The translations under genes were made by a program, and so were the position numbers. Source: Escherichia phage Lw1. From it: a stretch of 64,000 nucleotides of DNA. The DNA lies in sequence record KC801932. One strand, written 5' to 3'. Positions 19,271-29,471 of the stretch are shown here, piece by piece. The first letter of the stretch is position 1, and every line of letters begins with the position of its first letter. The notes beneath the pieces were generated by a model. It ran no database searches. It was not told where the DNA came from and saw only the letters and a list, made by a program, of their open reading frames with translations.

Positions 19271-19360
19271 AAGGCCAACTTGTGCGAGTTTTAAACCCAA
19301 CAGGATCAGAAATACAACGGATAAATTTTCACAGTTTACCTTTAGGGGGCCGTAGCCCCG

Positions 19361-20797
19361 TTAAAATTCAATGTTCATAGATTTTGCGGCTTCGGCTAAC
19401 TTACTTCTGTTACCCTCTGCCTGTTTTACCATAGCGCCTTGTGCTTCTTCAACAGTTTTCGGCATCTGACGACCTTTATAATCAGATTTAAACCCGATAT
19501 CGCTGTTGTCGGTATCCATCCAGCGCTGGTTTCCCTTACGTACTTCAAGTTTGAAATGGTTGAAATGATTCTTGTCACCATAACGAGACTTGATTTGCTT
19601 AAACACCTGCAAGCCCTGATCGGCTAGTTCATCCGTTTCAATCACCGCTAACATAAAGTCGGCAGTAGCTGGCAAACCAGCAGATTCGGCAACATCACCC
19701 ATGCTAATATCAGAAGCGTCCCATGCGTTACGAGTTGTTTGCGCACCAGTCCACATTACTGTATTAGTTTCGACAGCTAAACCGCGAAGTTCTTCGGCAA
19801 TCGCTTTAACCAGAATGTATGTGTTTTCAGCACCACGCACACGGGTAGAAGCACAGATCCCCAGGTAATCGATAATGATTACATCAGGAACAAAGTTCTT
19901 CTTCAATTTAAGCTCTTTAATCAGCGCTTTGAAGTGGTTTGCGTTTGCCCCTGCTGTTGGGTACTGCTTAACGATTAAACGCCCGACCTTAGTCTGTTTG
20001 AGGCGTTCCATGCGGTTTTTATAGTCCGCATAGGTGATATTACCATTGTCGATATCATCAAGCGATACATCAAGTAAATTCGCATCAATACGTTTAGAAC
20101 AAACATGTTCAGCCATTTCCATGCTGATGTAGAGAACGTTTTTACCTGATTGCAGATAATCAGCGGCAAGAGAACACAGCCCTAATGATTTACCAACGTT
20201 AACACCAGCCATAAGGATGTTCAATGTTCCTCGTTCCGCACCGCCTTTTGTAATGGCGTTCAGGATCGGGATATTGAAAGGGATCTTCATCGCTTTGGAC
20301 TGGTAAAGCATCCAGCGTTTTTCGTAGTCTTCGAAGTAATCATGACCGACCGAACTATCGAAGCTAATCGCCAACGCCTCAGCCATAATATCAGGGATAG
20401 CCCCAACATCAGGGATTTTGTTGTTGCGTTCGCCAGCAGGTTTTTCCGCGTTTGCCTGGATCTCGATTGCGCGTGACAGGGCGCGATACATCGCCTTGTC
20501 TTTGCAATACGTTTCCGTTTCCTTCATCAACCAATCTAAATCTTCCGGTGCATTTTTCATGCTGCGGATCATCTTCTTGGTGTCTTCGTAAACTACATCG
20601 CTAAGACTCCGTTTTTCAAGCGCAACCTCTAACGCTGTCTGTGAAGGAATGCTGTTGAATTCCTGTACGTGCTTGTCCATCAGATCATAAAGGACTTGCG
20701 CGTTACCTTCGAAATAGTCGCGTTTTAAATGGGGCCATGCCTGAACAAAATACGTGCCATTAAAAACCAGATTTGAAAATATTGTTTCGACGATCAT
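19361..20797 (-). CDS. 41: replicative DNA helicase (DnaB-like)
   Basis: 478 aa; Walker A (GVNVGKS) and RecA-like core; T4 gp41 size and position beside uvsX. Confidence 0.9.
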   Translation of the reverse strand: MIVETIFSNLVFNGTYFVQAWPHLKRDYFEGNAQVLYDLMDKHVQEFNSIPSQTALEVALEKRSLSDVVYEDTKKMIRSMKNAPEDLDWLMKETETYCKDKAMYRALSRAIEIQANAEKPAGERNNKIPDVGAIPDIMAEALAISFDSSVGHDYFEDYEKRWMLYQSKAMKIPFNIPILNAITKGGAERGTLNILMAGVNVGKSLGLCSLAADYLQSGKNVLYISMEMAEHVCSKRIDANLLDVSLDDIDNGNITYADYKNRMERLKQTKVGRLIVKQYPTAGANANHFKALIKELKLKKNFVPDVIIIDYLGICASTRVRGAENTYILVKAIAEELRGLAVETNTVMWTGAQTTRNAWDASDISMGDVAESAGLPATADFMLAVIETDELADQGLQVFKQIKSRYGDKNHFNHFKLEVRKGNQRWMDTDNSDIGFKSDYKGRQMPKTVEEAQGAMVKQAEGNRSKLAEAAKSMNIEF

Positions 20798-20806
20798 TAT
20801 TACCTC

Positions 20807-21112
20807 TTAAACCAGATTGGCGAACATTTGAAAGAAATTGTACAGCTTTACTTTCAATGCCGCCCATAAGGTCTTTTCAGGCTTTGGGAGATTTGGCGCT
20901 ATCTGTGCGTAAATTGCATCATGCACCAATGGGATCAGTGCTTCTTTGTTTTCATCCGGCGTACTGAATTCAACTTTTAAACCGTTGTCCCAGTAAACCT
21001 TATGAATGTATACTAAATGCGCAACATCATTTTCATCGTTGATCAGCAGTTCTTGAATAACGTCCTGCATTGCTTCATCGAGAATGTTTTGTGTTTTTTG
21101 TTCAATGTCCAT
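20807..21112 (-). CDS. hypothetical protein (gene 40 position)
   Basis: 101 aa between uvsX and gene 41; assignment positional only. Confidence 0.45.
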   Translation of the reverse strand: MDIEQKTQNILDEAMQDVIQELLINDENDVAHLVYIHKVYWDNGLKVEFSTPDENKEALIPLVHDAIYAQIAPNLPKPEKTLWAALKVKLYNFFQMFANLV

Positions 21113-21150
21113 GATTCACCTGTTAAGGGGGCAAAAGCCCCCAGTTATTA

Positions 21151-22296
21151 TTACTCTTCCATCAGATCTACATCATCGGGAATATCATCATCGAAATCAA
21201 CTTTATTTGATTCGACAACATCATCAGAATAAAGATCTTCGAGTGCTGCACCATCAGTGATTTCTTTATCAGGAATCCGGTATTTGTCCTGAATAGCGTC
21301 GATGAACGGCTGATGTTTAAACAGAGGTTTCCAGAACTCGATGCAGTTGGTTTCTGCTTCGCGCCATTTCTTTTCTTCCAGTTCCAGTTCACCCGTTTCC
21401 GTGTTCAGGAACGCACGACCACGCCAGCCTTTAGTTGGAGTCTGAACGAAGTTCATTTCCATAGCCAGATCCAGAAGACCAGAGAACATACTGATACCAC
21501 CCTCATACGTAACATGAAGAGGGAATTTCGATTTTTCTTTCACGAAACGAGATTTCTCAACGTTCATAATGAAGTCATAACCGACAACCTCAGTACCTTC
21601 TTTCACCTGCTGTTTGCCCAGGATAATAGCAGTATCAGCGGAGTACATCAAACCCGTACCGCCTGAAATGACCTTCTTGCTGTACATTTCTTGCGTATCG
21701 TAAGTGTGACAGATACACACCATAGGGATATCAATGTCAGCCAGGTAAGGCGTTACCATACGGAACATACCTTTCAGGGCTTTAGCTCGCGTCATATCCT
21801 GCTTGTCGTTGTCTTCCAGAGCATCTTTAAGCTCTTTCTTACTTGCCGTGTTGCCTACAGAGTCCACGAAAATGATCACTTTGTCGCCGCGTTCAAGCGC
21901 GTCAAGCTGGCTTACAACATCGTTACGAAGTTGTTCAACTGTCGTGATACGAGTATACACAACACGATCCGGGTCAACGCCCATTGATTTCAGATAGGAC
22001 TTAGTAACGCCTTTCTCTGAATCATAGAACAGACATACAGCGTCCTCATTCGCTTTGAGATACGCCGCAACTGCAACCAGTCCCAGATTCGATTTGAAGT
22101 GTTTCGACGGGCCAGCGATCAGCGTTAAGCCGGAGGTAAGGCCACCATCAAAAGCACCAGATAGAACGAGGTTCAAGATTGGTACACGGGTTCGGGTTTT
22201 GGTGATGTTATTAAAAACATCGCTTTCAGACAGAATTGACGCAGATTGACTATTCGAATTTTTGATCAGTTTTTTCAGGAGTGCTTTATTAGACAT
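21151..22296 (-). CDS. uvsX: UvsX recombinase (RecA-like)
   Basis: 381 aa; RecA-fold Walker A region (GPSKHFKS); T4 UvsX size; acidic C-terminus. Confidence 0.9.
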   Translation of the reverse strand: MSNKALLKKLIKNSNSQSASILSESDVFNNITKTRTRVPILNLVLSGAFDGGLTSGLTLIAGPSKHFKSNLGLVAVAAYLKANEDAVCLFYDSEKGVTKSYLKSMGVDPDRVVYTRITTVEQLRNDVVSQLDALERGDKVIIFVDSVGNTASKKELKDALEDNDKQDMTRAKALKGMFRMVTPYLADIDIPMVCICHTYDTQEMYSKKVISGGTGLMYSADTAIILGKQQVKEGTEVVGYDFIMNVEKSRFVKEKSKFPLHVTYEGGISMFSGLLDLAMEMNFVQTPTKGWRGRAFLNTETGELELEEKKWREAETNCIEFWKPLFKHQPFIDAIQDKYRIPDKEITDGAALEDLYSDDVVESNKVDFDDDIPDDVDLMEE

Positions 22297-22346
22297 TTAT
22301 TTTTCCGGTTTATATACACGCATAATATTTTCCTCACAAGTTTATA

Positions 22347-22367
22347 TAAAAGGGGCATTTCTGCCCC
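22347..22367 (-). terminator. intrinsic terminator after gene 43 (GGGGCA-GAAA-TGCCCC + T-run, minus sense)
   Basis: hairpin followed by TTTT in the minus sense, between gene 43 stop and uvsX. Confidence 0.6.
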
Positions 22368-22375
22368 ATCAGGTC

Positions 22376-25081
22376 TTACCAGTCATCACCGAACAAAGTA
22401 TTCAGGGATGCGCGTTTTTCGTAATCAATTTTACATGCTTCCGTGATGTTTTGCAATGGACTGATTACATGTTTTTCAAATAATCCGTTGTAGTCAACCC
22501 ATTTGAGAATATCACTTTCAATCTCAACAGGTAAACGGCTACCGGATTGCCATGCGATACAATCAGCTTGCCACGGGTTTTTATCACGCAACGGCAGAAC
22601 CATAACCTTTTCACCTTCCATAATCTGAGTGACTCCAGGAATCCCCTTCGTATGGCGGTTAAAGAACAGTACGCCTTTAATGTGGTTTGGTGTGCCTTTA
22701 ATCGGGTATCCCATACCATCATTATATTTCGTGATGTTGTTTGCCGATGATACACCAGCAATCTCGCGATAGTCAAGCGCCTTATACTCTTCCTCAAAAA
22801 CTTTGAAGGATTCGTGTAATGACTCTTCACCTTCTTGCAGGATGCGACGGATCGCCTCTTTCAAGAATTTTTTAACCGCTGTTGGTGTACTGCTTCGCTG
22901 GGTTTCCATTCCCATGATTTTTAATTTAGGCTTCTCGTAGCGGGTTCCTTCGGAGTCCCACACGTTAGCCGCATAACGTTTCTTCGCAGTCCAGAAACTA
23001 CCCAACCCTTTCGAACCCAACGGAGGGCCGGAAATGATTTCGCGATCCATGAACATCAAGTGTTCGACGTTGTTCATGTATTCGCATAGTTCGCGATAGC
23101 CCTTATCAATGATAGGTTCCATGCGCTCACGACTGAATTTATCCAGGAAATCAACCCAGTGATTGTTGTCTCTGAACTTGCTTTCGCCGCCCACTTTCTC
23201 GATCACGTTATCCATACATACATAGATTGAATCCGTGTCGCAGTAGCGAACGTAAGCGTAATCCGTGGTGTTGCACAACTGGTTCAGATATTCGTTAACC
23301 TTGCGCTCAATCCACTGGATAGCCAATTGACCGAACATGGTGATCGCGCTGGCGTTTCGAATATCAAAGTACCGGAAGTGTTCGTTACCCAACGCACCAT
23401 AAAGGGAGTTGATACTGATCTTACGGTTAAGCTGTGCGGTGTTCGCCTGTGCGATTTTCTTCTCACAAACTTTCTTCACGGCTTTAAGCATTTGCTTAGT
23501 CAGCGTTTTAAGAACCGCTTTCGATTCATCACTGAAATCAGTATAGAAATCGAAATCAGGATCAATCATCTGGTTATGCGCATCCGTCAGGTGTTCGAGT
23601 TCATGCTTGATTAATTCAAGATTTCTCTCACCCGCCATCATTCGTTTTTTCCACATCTTACGCTGATCGAATACTTTCTTGATCTCGACTGGGATCACGC
23701 CTTTAACGTCACGCCGGAACATCCACCCGTTAGGAGAGCAGCTAAATTCATCGCTAGGACGTGGAGCGGTCTTATTGATGTATTCGTGCATAGGACGCAC
23801 CGCAAAGCTGTTAGCGATTGTCTCAGGGCTTATATTCACCTGTCTGATGATAGACGGGTACAGACTGGTTAAGTCGAACGATACAATGTATTTGTATGGA
23901 GCAACAACCGGATCTTTAACATACGCACCATCATAAGGCGTTTTAGTGTGGCGTTTGTTTTCTGGGATTACAATCTTATCTTCTCGCAAAGAGTTATATA
24001 TGATTGCGTCCCACGTTTTCAACGGCGACATTACACCAGGGAAGTTGATCTTCGCATAGTACGCCACAGACAGAACCAGTTCGATGAAGTTACGCTTACC
24101 ATCAATATCAAGTACGCGGATTACGTCAACGATGTTGTACGTGATGTATTTCTGGTGATCCGCTTGACGCAGTTCAGACAGAGAACCTTCGTAATCAACT
24201 TTGCTCTTACCTGTTTCATATTCAGCGATCGCGCCCAGTCCGTAAGACGGTTGCGGGGTGAAACTGAACTTCTTATACAGATCCATGCCGTCCATCTGAG
24301 AAACGCCATAAATCTCATATCCCAGTTGTTCGTTCCCGTACTGGTCGGTCGTTGTCTTCGCTGTCACCTTACCGAACGGGCTAAAATGACGAACCACGTT
24401 TTGCCCGAAAATATTCAGGTAACGTGTGATGATGTATGCGATATCGAATTTGTTTGAGTTCCAGCCCGTAACAATAACAGGTGTGCGCTCTTTCCAGTCT
24501 TTGATGTACGCAGACAGCAACGATTTTTCAGTTGAGAATGAACGATATACAACCTTTTTCAAATCCTCTTCACTGATTTCATTTTCAGTGTCAACCTTTG
24601 AGGCTACCCACTCGTCTAAACCACCCTCGACCAGATCATACACAAAGAACTTATCTTCAACGCTGTCATAGTGGGTGATTGCGTCGATAGCATATTTTGC
24701 TTCGCGTGGATCAGGGAATTCAGGCGCGGTAACTTCGATATCGAGTGAAGCGATACGGATTCTTTCGCGGTTATAGTCGATCTCGGTTCGATAGGTGTCG
24801 GAAATGTAAGCAAGGCGATAGTCATCCATCCCCAGAGCTTCCATCCCGACATCCTTCATTCGCTGCATCCAGCTTTTAGCATCCTTGATGCTGTCAAACT
24901 TTTTCTTGATGCACGTCTTACCGTAGATGTCTTTGTATGGCGAGTCTACACCCGCCATAGCGTGTTGATACATCGTTGGTTCATATTTTGTTTTGCGAAC
25001 TTGTTCGCGTCCCTCAGAGTCAATGAAGCGCTCATAGATATGATCGCCCATTTGCTCAACCGATAGATAAAATTCAGTCAT
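22376..25081 (-). CDS. 43: DNA polymerase (family B)
   Basis: 901 aa (T4 gp43 898); exonuclease and polymerase motifs (YCDTDS, SLYPSI, KIDYEK-type). Confidence 0.95.
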   Translation of the reverse strand: MTEFYLSVEQMGDHIYERFIDSEGREQVRKTKYEPTMYQHAMAGVDSPYKDIYGKTCIKKKFDSIKDAKSWMQRMKDVGMEALGMDDYRLAYISDTYRTEIDYNRERIRIASLDIEVTAPEFPDPREAKYAIDAITHYDSVEDKFFVYDLVEGGLDEWVASKVDTENEISEEDLKKVVYRSFSTEKSLLSAYIKDWKERTPVIVTGWNSNKFDIAYIITRYLNIFGQNVVRHFSPFGKVTAKTTTDQYGNEQLGYEIYGVSQMDGMDLYKKFSFTPQPSYGLGAIAEYETGKSKVDYEGSLSELRQADHQKYITYNIVDVIRVLDIDGKRNFIELVLSVAYYAKINFPGVMSPLKTWDAIIYNSLREDKIVIPENKRHTKTPYDGAYVKDPVVAPYKYIVSFDLTSLYPSIIRQVNISPETIANSFAVRPMHEYINKTAPRPSDEFSCSPNGWMFRRDVKGVIPVEIKKVFDQRKMWKKRMMAGERNLELIKHELEHLTDAHNQMIDPDFDFYTDFSDESKAVLKTLTKQMLKAVKKVCEKKIAQANTAQLNRKISINSLYGALGNEHFRYFDIRNASAITMFGQLAIQWIERKVNEYLNQLCNTTDYAYVRYCDTDSIYVCMDNVIEKVGGESKFRDNNHWVDFLDKFSRERMEPIIDKGYRELCEYMNNVEHLMFMDREIISGPPLGSKGLGSFWTAKKRYAANVWDSEGTRYEKPKLKIMGMETQRSSTPTAVKKFLKEAIRRILQEGEESLHESFKVFEEEYKALDYREIAGVSSANNITKYNDGMGYPIKGTPNHIKGVLFFNRHTKGIPGVTQIMEGEKVMVLPLRDKNPWQADCIAWQSGSRLPVEIESDILKWVDYNGLFEKHVISPLQNITEACKIDYEKRASLNTLFGDDW

Positions 25082-25394
25082 TACGTTTTTCTTTCTCCGC
25101 GTTTAATCGTATCAGAAATGATACACCAGCCAGCTTGATCAGATCAAGTGAACGCTGTGCAGAATCACGAAGGGTTTTATGTCCTTCAATCGAATTCAAC
25201 TGATTTACCAGCAGTGTATATTCATTCATGATACGTGTATAGAAATTGGGGAAGTAGTTCTGTGCGTAATTATAGGTACGCAGATCAGAGAGATTGCAAG
25301 TCAGAGACAGATCGATTTCGTCGCGGTGCAGACGGATAATCAAATGGTCGTCTGTTTTGAGAGATTTAAGAATTTCTTCAATACTAATTTTCAT
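25074..25394 (-). CDS. hypothetical protein
   Basis: 106 aa between regA and gene 43; overlaps gene 43 start. Confidence 0.5.
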   Translation of the reverse strand: MKISIEEILKSLKTDDHLIIRLHRDEIDLSLTCNLSDLRTYNYAQNYFPNFYTRIMNEYTLLVNQLNSIEGHKTLRDSAQRSLDLIKLAGVSFLIRLNAEKEKRND

Positions 25395-25431
25395 AATTTA
25401 GTCCTCACAATTGGTGTACAACCAATATAAC

Positions 25432-25465
25432 AAAGCCCTTGCATTTCTGCAAGGGCTTTTTGATT
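25432..25465 (-). promoter_or_regulatory. terminator hairpin with embedded promoter (-35 TTGCAG, 17 bp, -10 TATATT)
   Basis: minus-sense AAGCCCTTGCA-GAAA-TGCAAGGGCTT then TGTTATATT between regA and the ORF preceding gene 43. Confidence 0.45.
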
Positions 25466-25832
25466 AATGTCCGATCCGGTACTTGTATTTCAAAGTCCAT
25501 TCGGCTTTTTGTGCGTGGGTCAGTACGCGGAAGTTATTCTCTTCTGAGAATTTCAGATCCGGCGTAAGGATTTCGATCATTCCCCACTCTTCCAGAAGTC
25601 GCGCAATGTTGTTGCGGCGTAATTCGTCGTCTTCGGTCATGTCAACCTGGCGACCGTCCAGCCTCAAAAGTTCTTTGAAGTGTACGATAAAATAGCGCCC
25701 TTGCTTCTGTAAGATGTGGCAAGACTGCCACAGCATTTTCTTTTTATTGTTTGCGATCCCGATACGGGTTAGCGTTTCGCGAATTTTTAAAAAACTGTCG
25801 TCGCTGGACAGTTTGATTTCGAGCATGTTCAT
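25464..25832 (-). CDS. regA: RegA translational repressor
   Basis: 122 aa, same length as T4 RegA; ETLTRIGIANNKKKMLWQSCHILQK...HFKELLRLDGRQV parallels T4 RegA. Confidence 0.9.
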   Translation of the reverse strand: MNMLEIKLSSDDSFLKIRETLTRIGIANNKKKMLWQSCHILQKQGRYFIVHFKELLRLDGRQVDMTEDDELRRNNIARLLEEWGMIEILTPDLKFSEENNFRVLTHAQKAEWTLKYKYRIGH

Positions 25833-25835
25833 ATA

Positions 25836-26408
25836 TCACCATTTCTTTATTAATTGTTCAACCTTTTTCTGGTCGGTTTTATTTTTCACAACATCAGCCA
25901 ACACAGATATAGCAACTTTCATATTTTTCCGCTTCCACTCGTCCAGTTTTTCAAGCTGTTTGAGTTCTTCGTAATATTCCATTGCGATACGTGTATTTAC
26001 GCCATACCGTTTTTGGAGAACATGAAGGATAACTTTCATTTCGTTATCTTCGGTGAGTTTAGCCCACGCCCCGAACCGCTTACCTTTGCGCACCGTATGC
26101 AGGTAATAATCAAAGTGCGCCTGGTCAGGTAAACCGGAACCGATCATATTCATTGTGTATGCAGGGATCAGCGTTTCGATATGCTGGCTCATTGCATTGT
26201 CAATGAAATACTTGTCGTATGAATCAAGGCCAGAAATACGCAATGGTTTCTTTCCTGTATTCAATTCTTCGAGAACCATAAACAAGGTGTTTTCCTTGTC
26301 TTTGGTGTACTCTTTCACAAGCCCTTCGATCTTATCCCAGTCTTTAGAACGCCAGGCCGCTTCATGTTCGTTCAGTTCTTCTTCATCGAGAAAAGCAGCC
26401 AATGACAT
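25836..26408 (-). CDS. 62: clamp loader small subunit
   Basis: 190 aa (T4 gp62 187) between gene 44 and regA. Confidence 0.75.
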   Translation of the reverse strand: MSLAAFLDEEELNEHEAAWRSKDWDKIEGLVKEYTKDKENTLFMVLEELNTGKKPLRISGLDSYDKYFIDNAMSQHIETLIPAYTMNMIGSGLPDQAHFDYYLHTVRKGKRFGAWAKLTEDNEMKVILHVLQKRYGVNTRIAMEYYEELKQLEKLDEWKRKNMKVAISVLADVVKNKTDQKKVEQLIKKW

Positions 26409-26409
26409 T

Positions 26410-27408
26410 TTAAGCCTCCCACGCGAGGGTAAGCATTAACCCCATGAACAGATATTGCAGGTGAATTTCTTTGTTCACTGCCAGCCCGTATTGTGCGTTG
26501 TTTTCGCCAATTGCCTGAATCAATGCAACTTTAGATTCGTTGGTGACGATCGGGTATACAGCATCAAGCAGTTTAGCCAGGAACGTTTCATACTCAGGCG
26601 CGTACTTGATTGCTTCGGCTCGCAGTGCTTTGAAGTTCTTCGCTTTAAGCCCCTCAATCACTGGTGTGATGTCCGAACCAACAATCTCACTCAAGATACC
26701 CGCATCAATTTTACCGCGCTTAGAATAGAACCCAAGAGCTTTTACGATGGATCGTGCATCAGGGTAGTGCTTCTTAACGAACGCCGCGATCACCTGCTGG
26801 TCATATTCGATTCCTTCGATTTCGAGGATACCGAAACAACGCTTGATCATCTGCTTCATAAGTTCAATTCGTTCTTCCTTCGACGGGGAACCGAACTTAA
26901 CCGGAGGGCAACGAGACAACAGCGCCGGATGAATACCATTGATATTGTTTGCGGTGACGATAACGGTTACGTTCTTGCTGTATGCTTCGATAAAGCTACG
27001 CATGTGTTTCTGTGCTTCTGCCATGCCAGGGCGATCGAATTCGTCAATCAGGATAATTTTGCCGCCTTTCTTCTGAGTCATCGAAGAGGCGAAACGATCC
27101 ATTTCGTTACGGATGAAGTTCACACCACAATCTGAACCGTTGACAAACATCACTTCTGCGTCAACTTCATTACCCAGAACCAGCGCCAGTGTTGTTTTAC
27201 CCGTACCAGGGGAATCAGAAACCAGAGTCATGTTATCAATGCGACCGGACTTGATAAACCCGCGCATCGTTTCTTTATCCGCAGCAGGGAGAATACATTC
27301 ATCAATCGTTGTCGGGCGATAGCGTTGATCCCATGCGAATTCATCGGGAGATTGGGAGATTTTGCCGTATTTGGTGTCAATCAGTTGTACGTTTTCACTA
27401 AGTTCCAT
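26410..27408 (-). CDS. 44: clamp loader large subunit (AAA+)
   Basis: 332 aa; Walker A SPGTGKTT, DEFD Walker B, SRC arginine finger. Confidence 0.9.
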   Translation of the reverse strand: MELSENVQLIDTKYGKISQSPDEFAWDQRYRPTTIDECILPAADKETMRGFIKSGRIDNMTLVSDSPGTGKTTLALVLGNEVDAEVMFVNGSDCGVNFIRNEMDRFASSMTQKKGGKIILIDEFDRPGMAEAQKHMRSFIEAYSKNVTVIVTANNINGIHPALLSRCPPVKFGSPSKEERIELMKQMIKRCFGILEIEGIEYDQQVIAAFVKKHYPDARSIVKALGFYSKRGKIDAGILSEIVGSDITPVIEGLKAKNFKALRAEAIKYAPEYETFLAKLLDAVYPIVTNESKVALIQAIGENNAQYGLAVNKEIHLQYLFMGLMLTLAWEA

Positions 27409-27429
27409 AATATACCTTCATTAATTTAT

Positions 27430-27451
27430 CAAAAAGGGGCATTACGCCCCT
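27430..27451 (-). terminator. intrinsic terminator/attenuator between genes 45 and 44 (minus sense)
   Basis: AGGGGC-GTAAT-GCCCCT followed by TTTTTG in the minus sense. Confidence 0.6.
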
Positions 27452-27470
27452 AACATTACTGCTTTTTATC

Positions 27471-28142
27471 TTACTTGAACTGGCTGGTTGCTTCAAGCAC
27501 AACCACGTAAGCAACACCATTTTCGGAAGAGAATTTAGCCGCACCCTGTGCAGAGATTTCGACTTTGTAATCACTGTTGATGAACTGCATGTTGTCAATC
27601 TTCATATCGAAGTTAAACACGTTATCACCTTCGTAGTCGCCTACTTCAACAGAGAAAGTAGATTGACTTTCTTTGCTTTTCGCGGTGATTACCAGTTTGC
27701 CGTTGATTGGTTCAACAGACAGGTCGGTCAGTTTCATCATGCGTGATGCTTTGATCAGTTTTTCGAAATCGTTAGCGCTAATCTGGAAAATCAGATCGGC
27801 AACAGGCATTTGCAAACGTTTTTTCGGCTTGACGATGGTAGTCGGGTCGCATGAACGCTCAACGATTTTCATTTTCTCACCGCGAATAACGATTTCGCCA
27901 GTAGACAGATCGTGCGTTACATCAGCATCCGAACCTACAACGTTAAGCATGTTCAGGAAGGAGTTCAGATCGTAGATACCTACGTCTTCGTCGATTACGT
28001 CAGGAATTTCTGCTTCCGCGTAAACTACGCTGTTAATGGTTTTCGTCATGATGAACGAACCTTTAGTCAGCATGATAGACGGGTTGATCTGAGAGAAGTT
28101 TTTCAGGATATCAATTGTTTGTTTTGAGAATTTCATATTCAA
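27471..28142 (-). CDS. 45: sliding clamp
   Basis: 223 aa; close parallel to T4 gp45 along its length (TINS..YAEAEIPDVID.DVGIYDLN, GDYEGDNVFNF, GAAKF). Confidence 0.9.
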   Translation of the reverse strand: MNMKFSKQTIDILKNFSQINPSIMLTKGSFIMTKTINSVVYAEAEIPDVIDEDVGIYDLNSFLNMLNVVGSDADVTHDLSTGEIVIRGEKMKIVERSCDPTTIVKPKKRLQMPVADLIFQISANDFEKLIKASRMMKLTDLSVEPINGKLVITAKSKESQSTFSVEVGDYEGDNVFNFDMKIDNMQFINSDYKVEISAQGAAKFSSENGVAYVVVLEATSQFK

Positions 28143-28156
28143 CCTATAATTTTCAA

Positions 28157-28441
28157 TTAGGCAAAAGTGCCGTTAATCAGAGTTTCTACCACGGAAGCCG
28201 CAGCGTTTTCGAGCAATTCTTTATTCTTTGATTCAGTGACTTTAATTCCCGCTTCGCGAGCGTCCAGAATCAATCCGCTATGTACAGCGCTTACTGCTTC
28301 ATCGATTCGTTTATAATGATCGAATCGTTCAGATTGAGGCATCGCACGAAACATCAATTTAATATTGTCGGGGGTTTTATTTACCCATGATTTGCGGACA
28401 GTATTCAGGTGCGCAACATATACATTTTGTTCTAAATTCAT
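28157..28441 (-). CDS. hypothetical protein (rpbA position)
   Basis: 94 aa immediately upstream of gene 45; positional only. Confidence 0.45.
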   Translation of the reverse strand: MNLEQNVYVAHLNTVRKSWVNKTPDNIKLMFRAMPQSERFDHYKRIDEAVSAVHSGLILDAREAGIKVTESKNKELLENAAASVVETLINGTFA

Positions 28442-28487
28442 ATCTACCTCAAACTTTCAAAGTTGGGGGCTTTCGCCCCCGTAAGCA

Positions 28488-29468
28488 TTACAGATCCAGC
28501 AGTTTATCCAGGTCGTCATCACCGGAACCATTACCCAGATCAAACGGAACATCGTCATCAGGTACAGAACTTCCTACATTCAGTTGGCTAACGCCACCGG
28601 ATTCAACAGAACCTTTTGACTGGTTGCTATTGTCGAAGTTTTTCAGATCATTGTCAAATGAACTTAATTCGCTATCCAGATCAGCACCAGCGCTTGCGCC
28701 AGCACCCAGAGCAGCACCGCCACCGAATACTTTAGTGAAACGCGCGGTCAGTTCAGCAGCAGGTTTAAACTGGTCTGGTGCAGTAATCGGACGGAGATCA
28801 CTCATACCTTCGAAAATCGCTTTCTGAACGGCTTCTTCGTCGATACCTTTAATCGGGCCAGGTACGCCGAATGTGCTGTCGTCATAGTTAGGCCATTCGC
28901 CTACTTTCTTCGCTTTCAGAGTGAAGTTAGCACCACCGAACGGACACGTTACAGCAATACCAGGTTCATCCAGATCAGGGTTGCCAGCGATGGTTGCGGT
29001 GATTTTGTCCATGATCTTCTTACCGAAGCGGAACTTAAACACTTTACCTTCATTTTCCGGTGCGCCAGGATCTTTGATTACCAGGATGTTAGCCCAGAAC
29101 GATTGTTTACGTCCGATTTGTCCCAGCAGTTTATCGGCTTCACCGCCTTTATTTGCTTTCGCTTTTTCGAACAGGTCGTTGTCAGAAATATACTGACATA
29201 CCGGACAACCATCATAATCGCCGTGAGTAGACGGGCAGTTTTCGATATACCACTGATTTTGTTTTTTGAATGAATGGCTAACGATACGCACGAACGCCAG
29301 TTCATCATCGGAGCGGTTAGGCAGGAAACGAATCACAGCGGAACCGTTTTTCTGTGCATCCAGAGTGAGTTTCCACTCTTTTTCATCTTTCTGGAAGCCG
29401 GAAGAACCTTTCAGGGCTGCAACTTGTTCTTGTAATTTGGTCGGGTCTTGACGTTTAAAAAATGACAT
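28488..29468 (-). CDS. 32: single-stranded DNA-binding protein
   Basis: 326 aa; WKLTLDAQKNGSAVIRFLP, WYIENCPSTHGDYDGCPVCQYIS, ANILVIKDPGAPENEGKVFKFRFGKKI, acidic tail, as in T4 gp32. Confidence 0.95.
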   Translation of the reverse strand: MSFFKRQDPTKLQEQVAALKGSSGFQKDEKEWKLTLDAQKNGSAVIRFLPNRSDDELAFVRIVSHSFKKQNQWYIENCPSTHGDYDGCPVCQYISDNDLFEKAKANKGGEADKLLGQIGRKQSFWANILVIKDPGAPENEGKVFKFRFGKKIMDKITATIAGNPDLDEPGIAVTCPFGGANFTLKAKKVGEWPNYDDSTFGVPGPIKGIDEEAVQKAIFEGMSDLRPITAPDQFKPAAELTARFTKVFGGGAALGAGASAGADLDSELSSFDNDLKNFDNSNQSKGSVESGGVSQLNVGSSVPDDDVPFDLGNGSGDDDLDKLLDL

Positions 29469-29471
29469 GGA

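Noticed and set aside
22297-22375. T4 late promoter (TATAAATA) upstream of uvsX
   Set aside because: Only near-matches (TATATAAA) are present; not called.
26455-27135. 226-aa plus-strand ORF
   Set aside because: Lies entirely antisense within gene 44.
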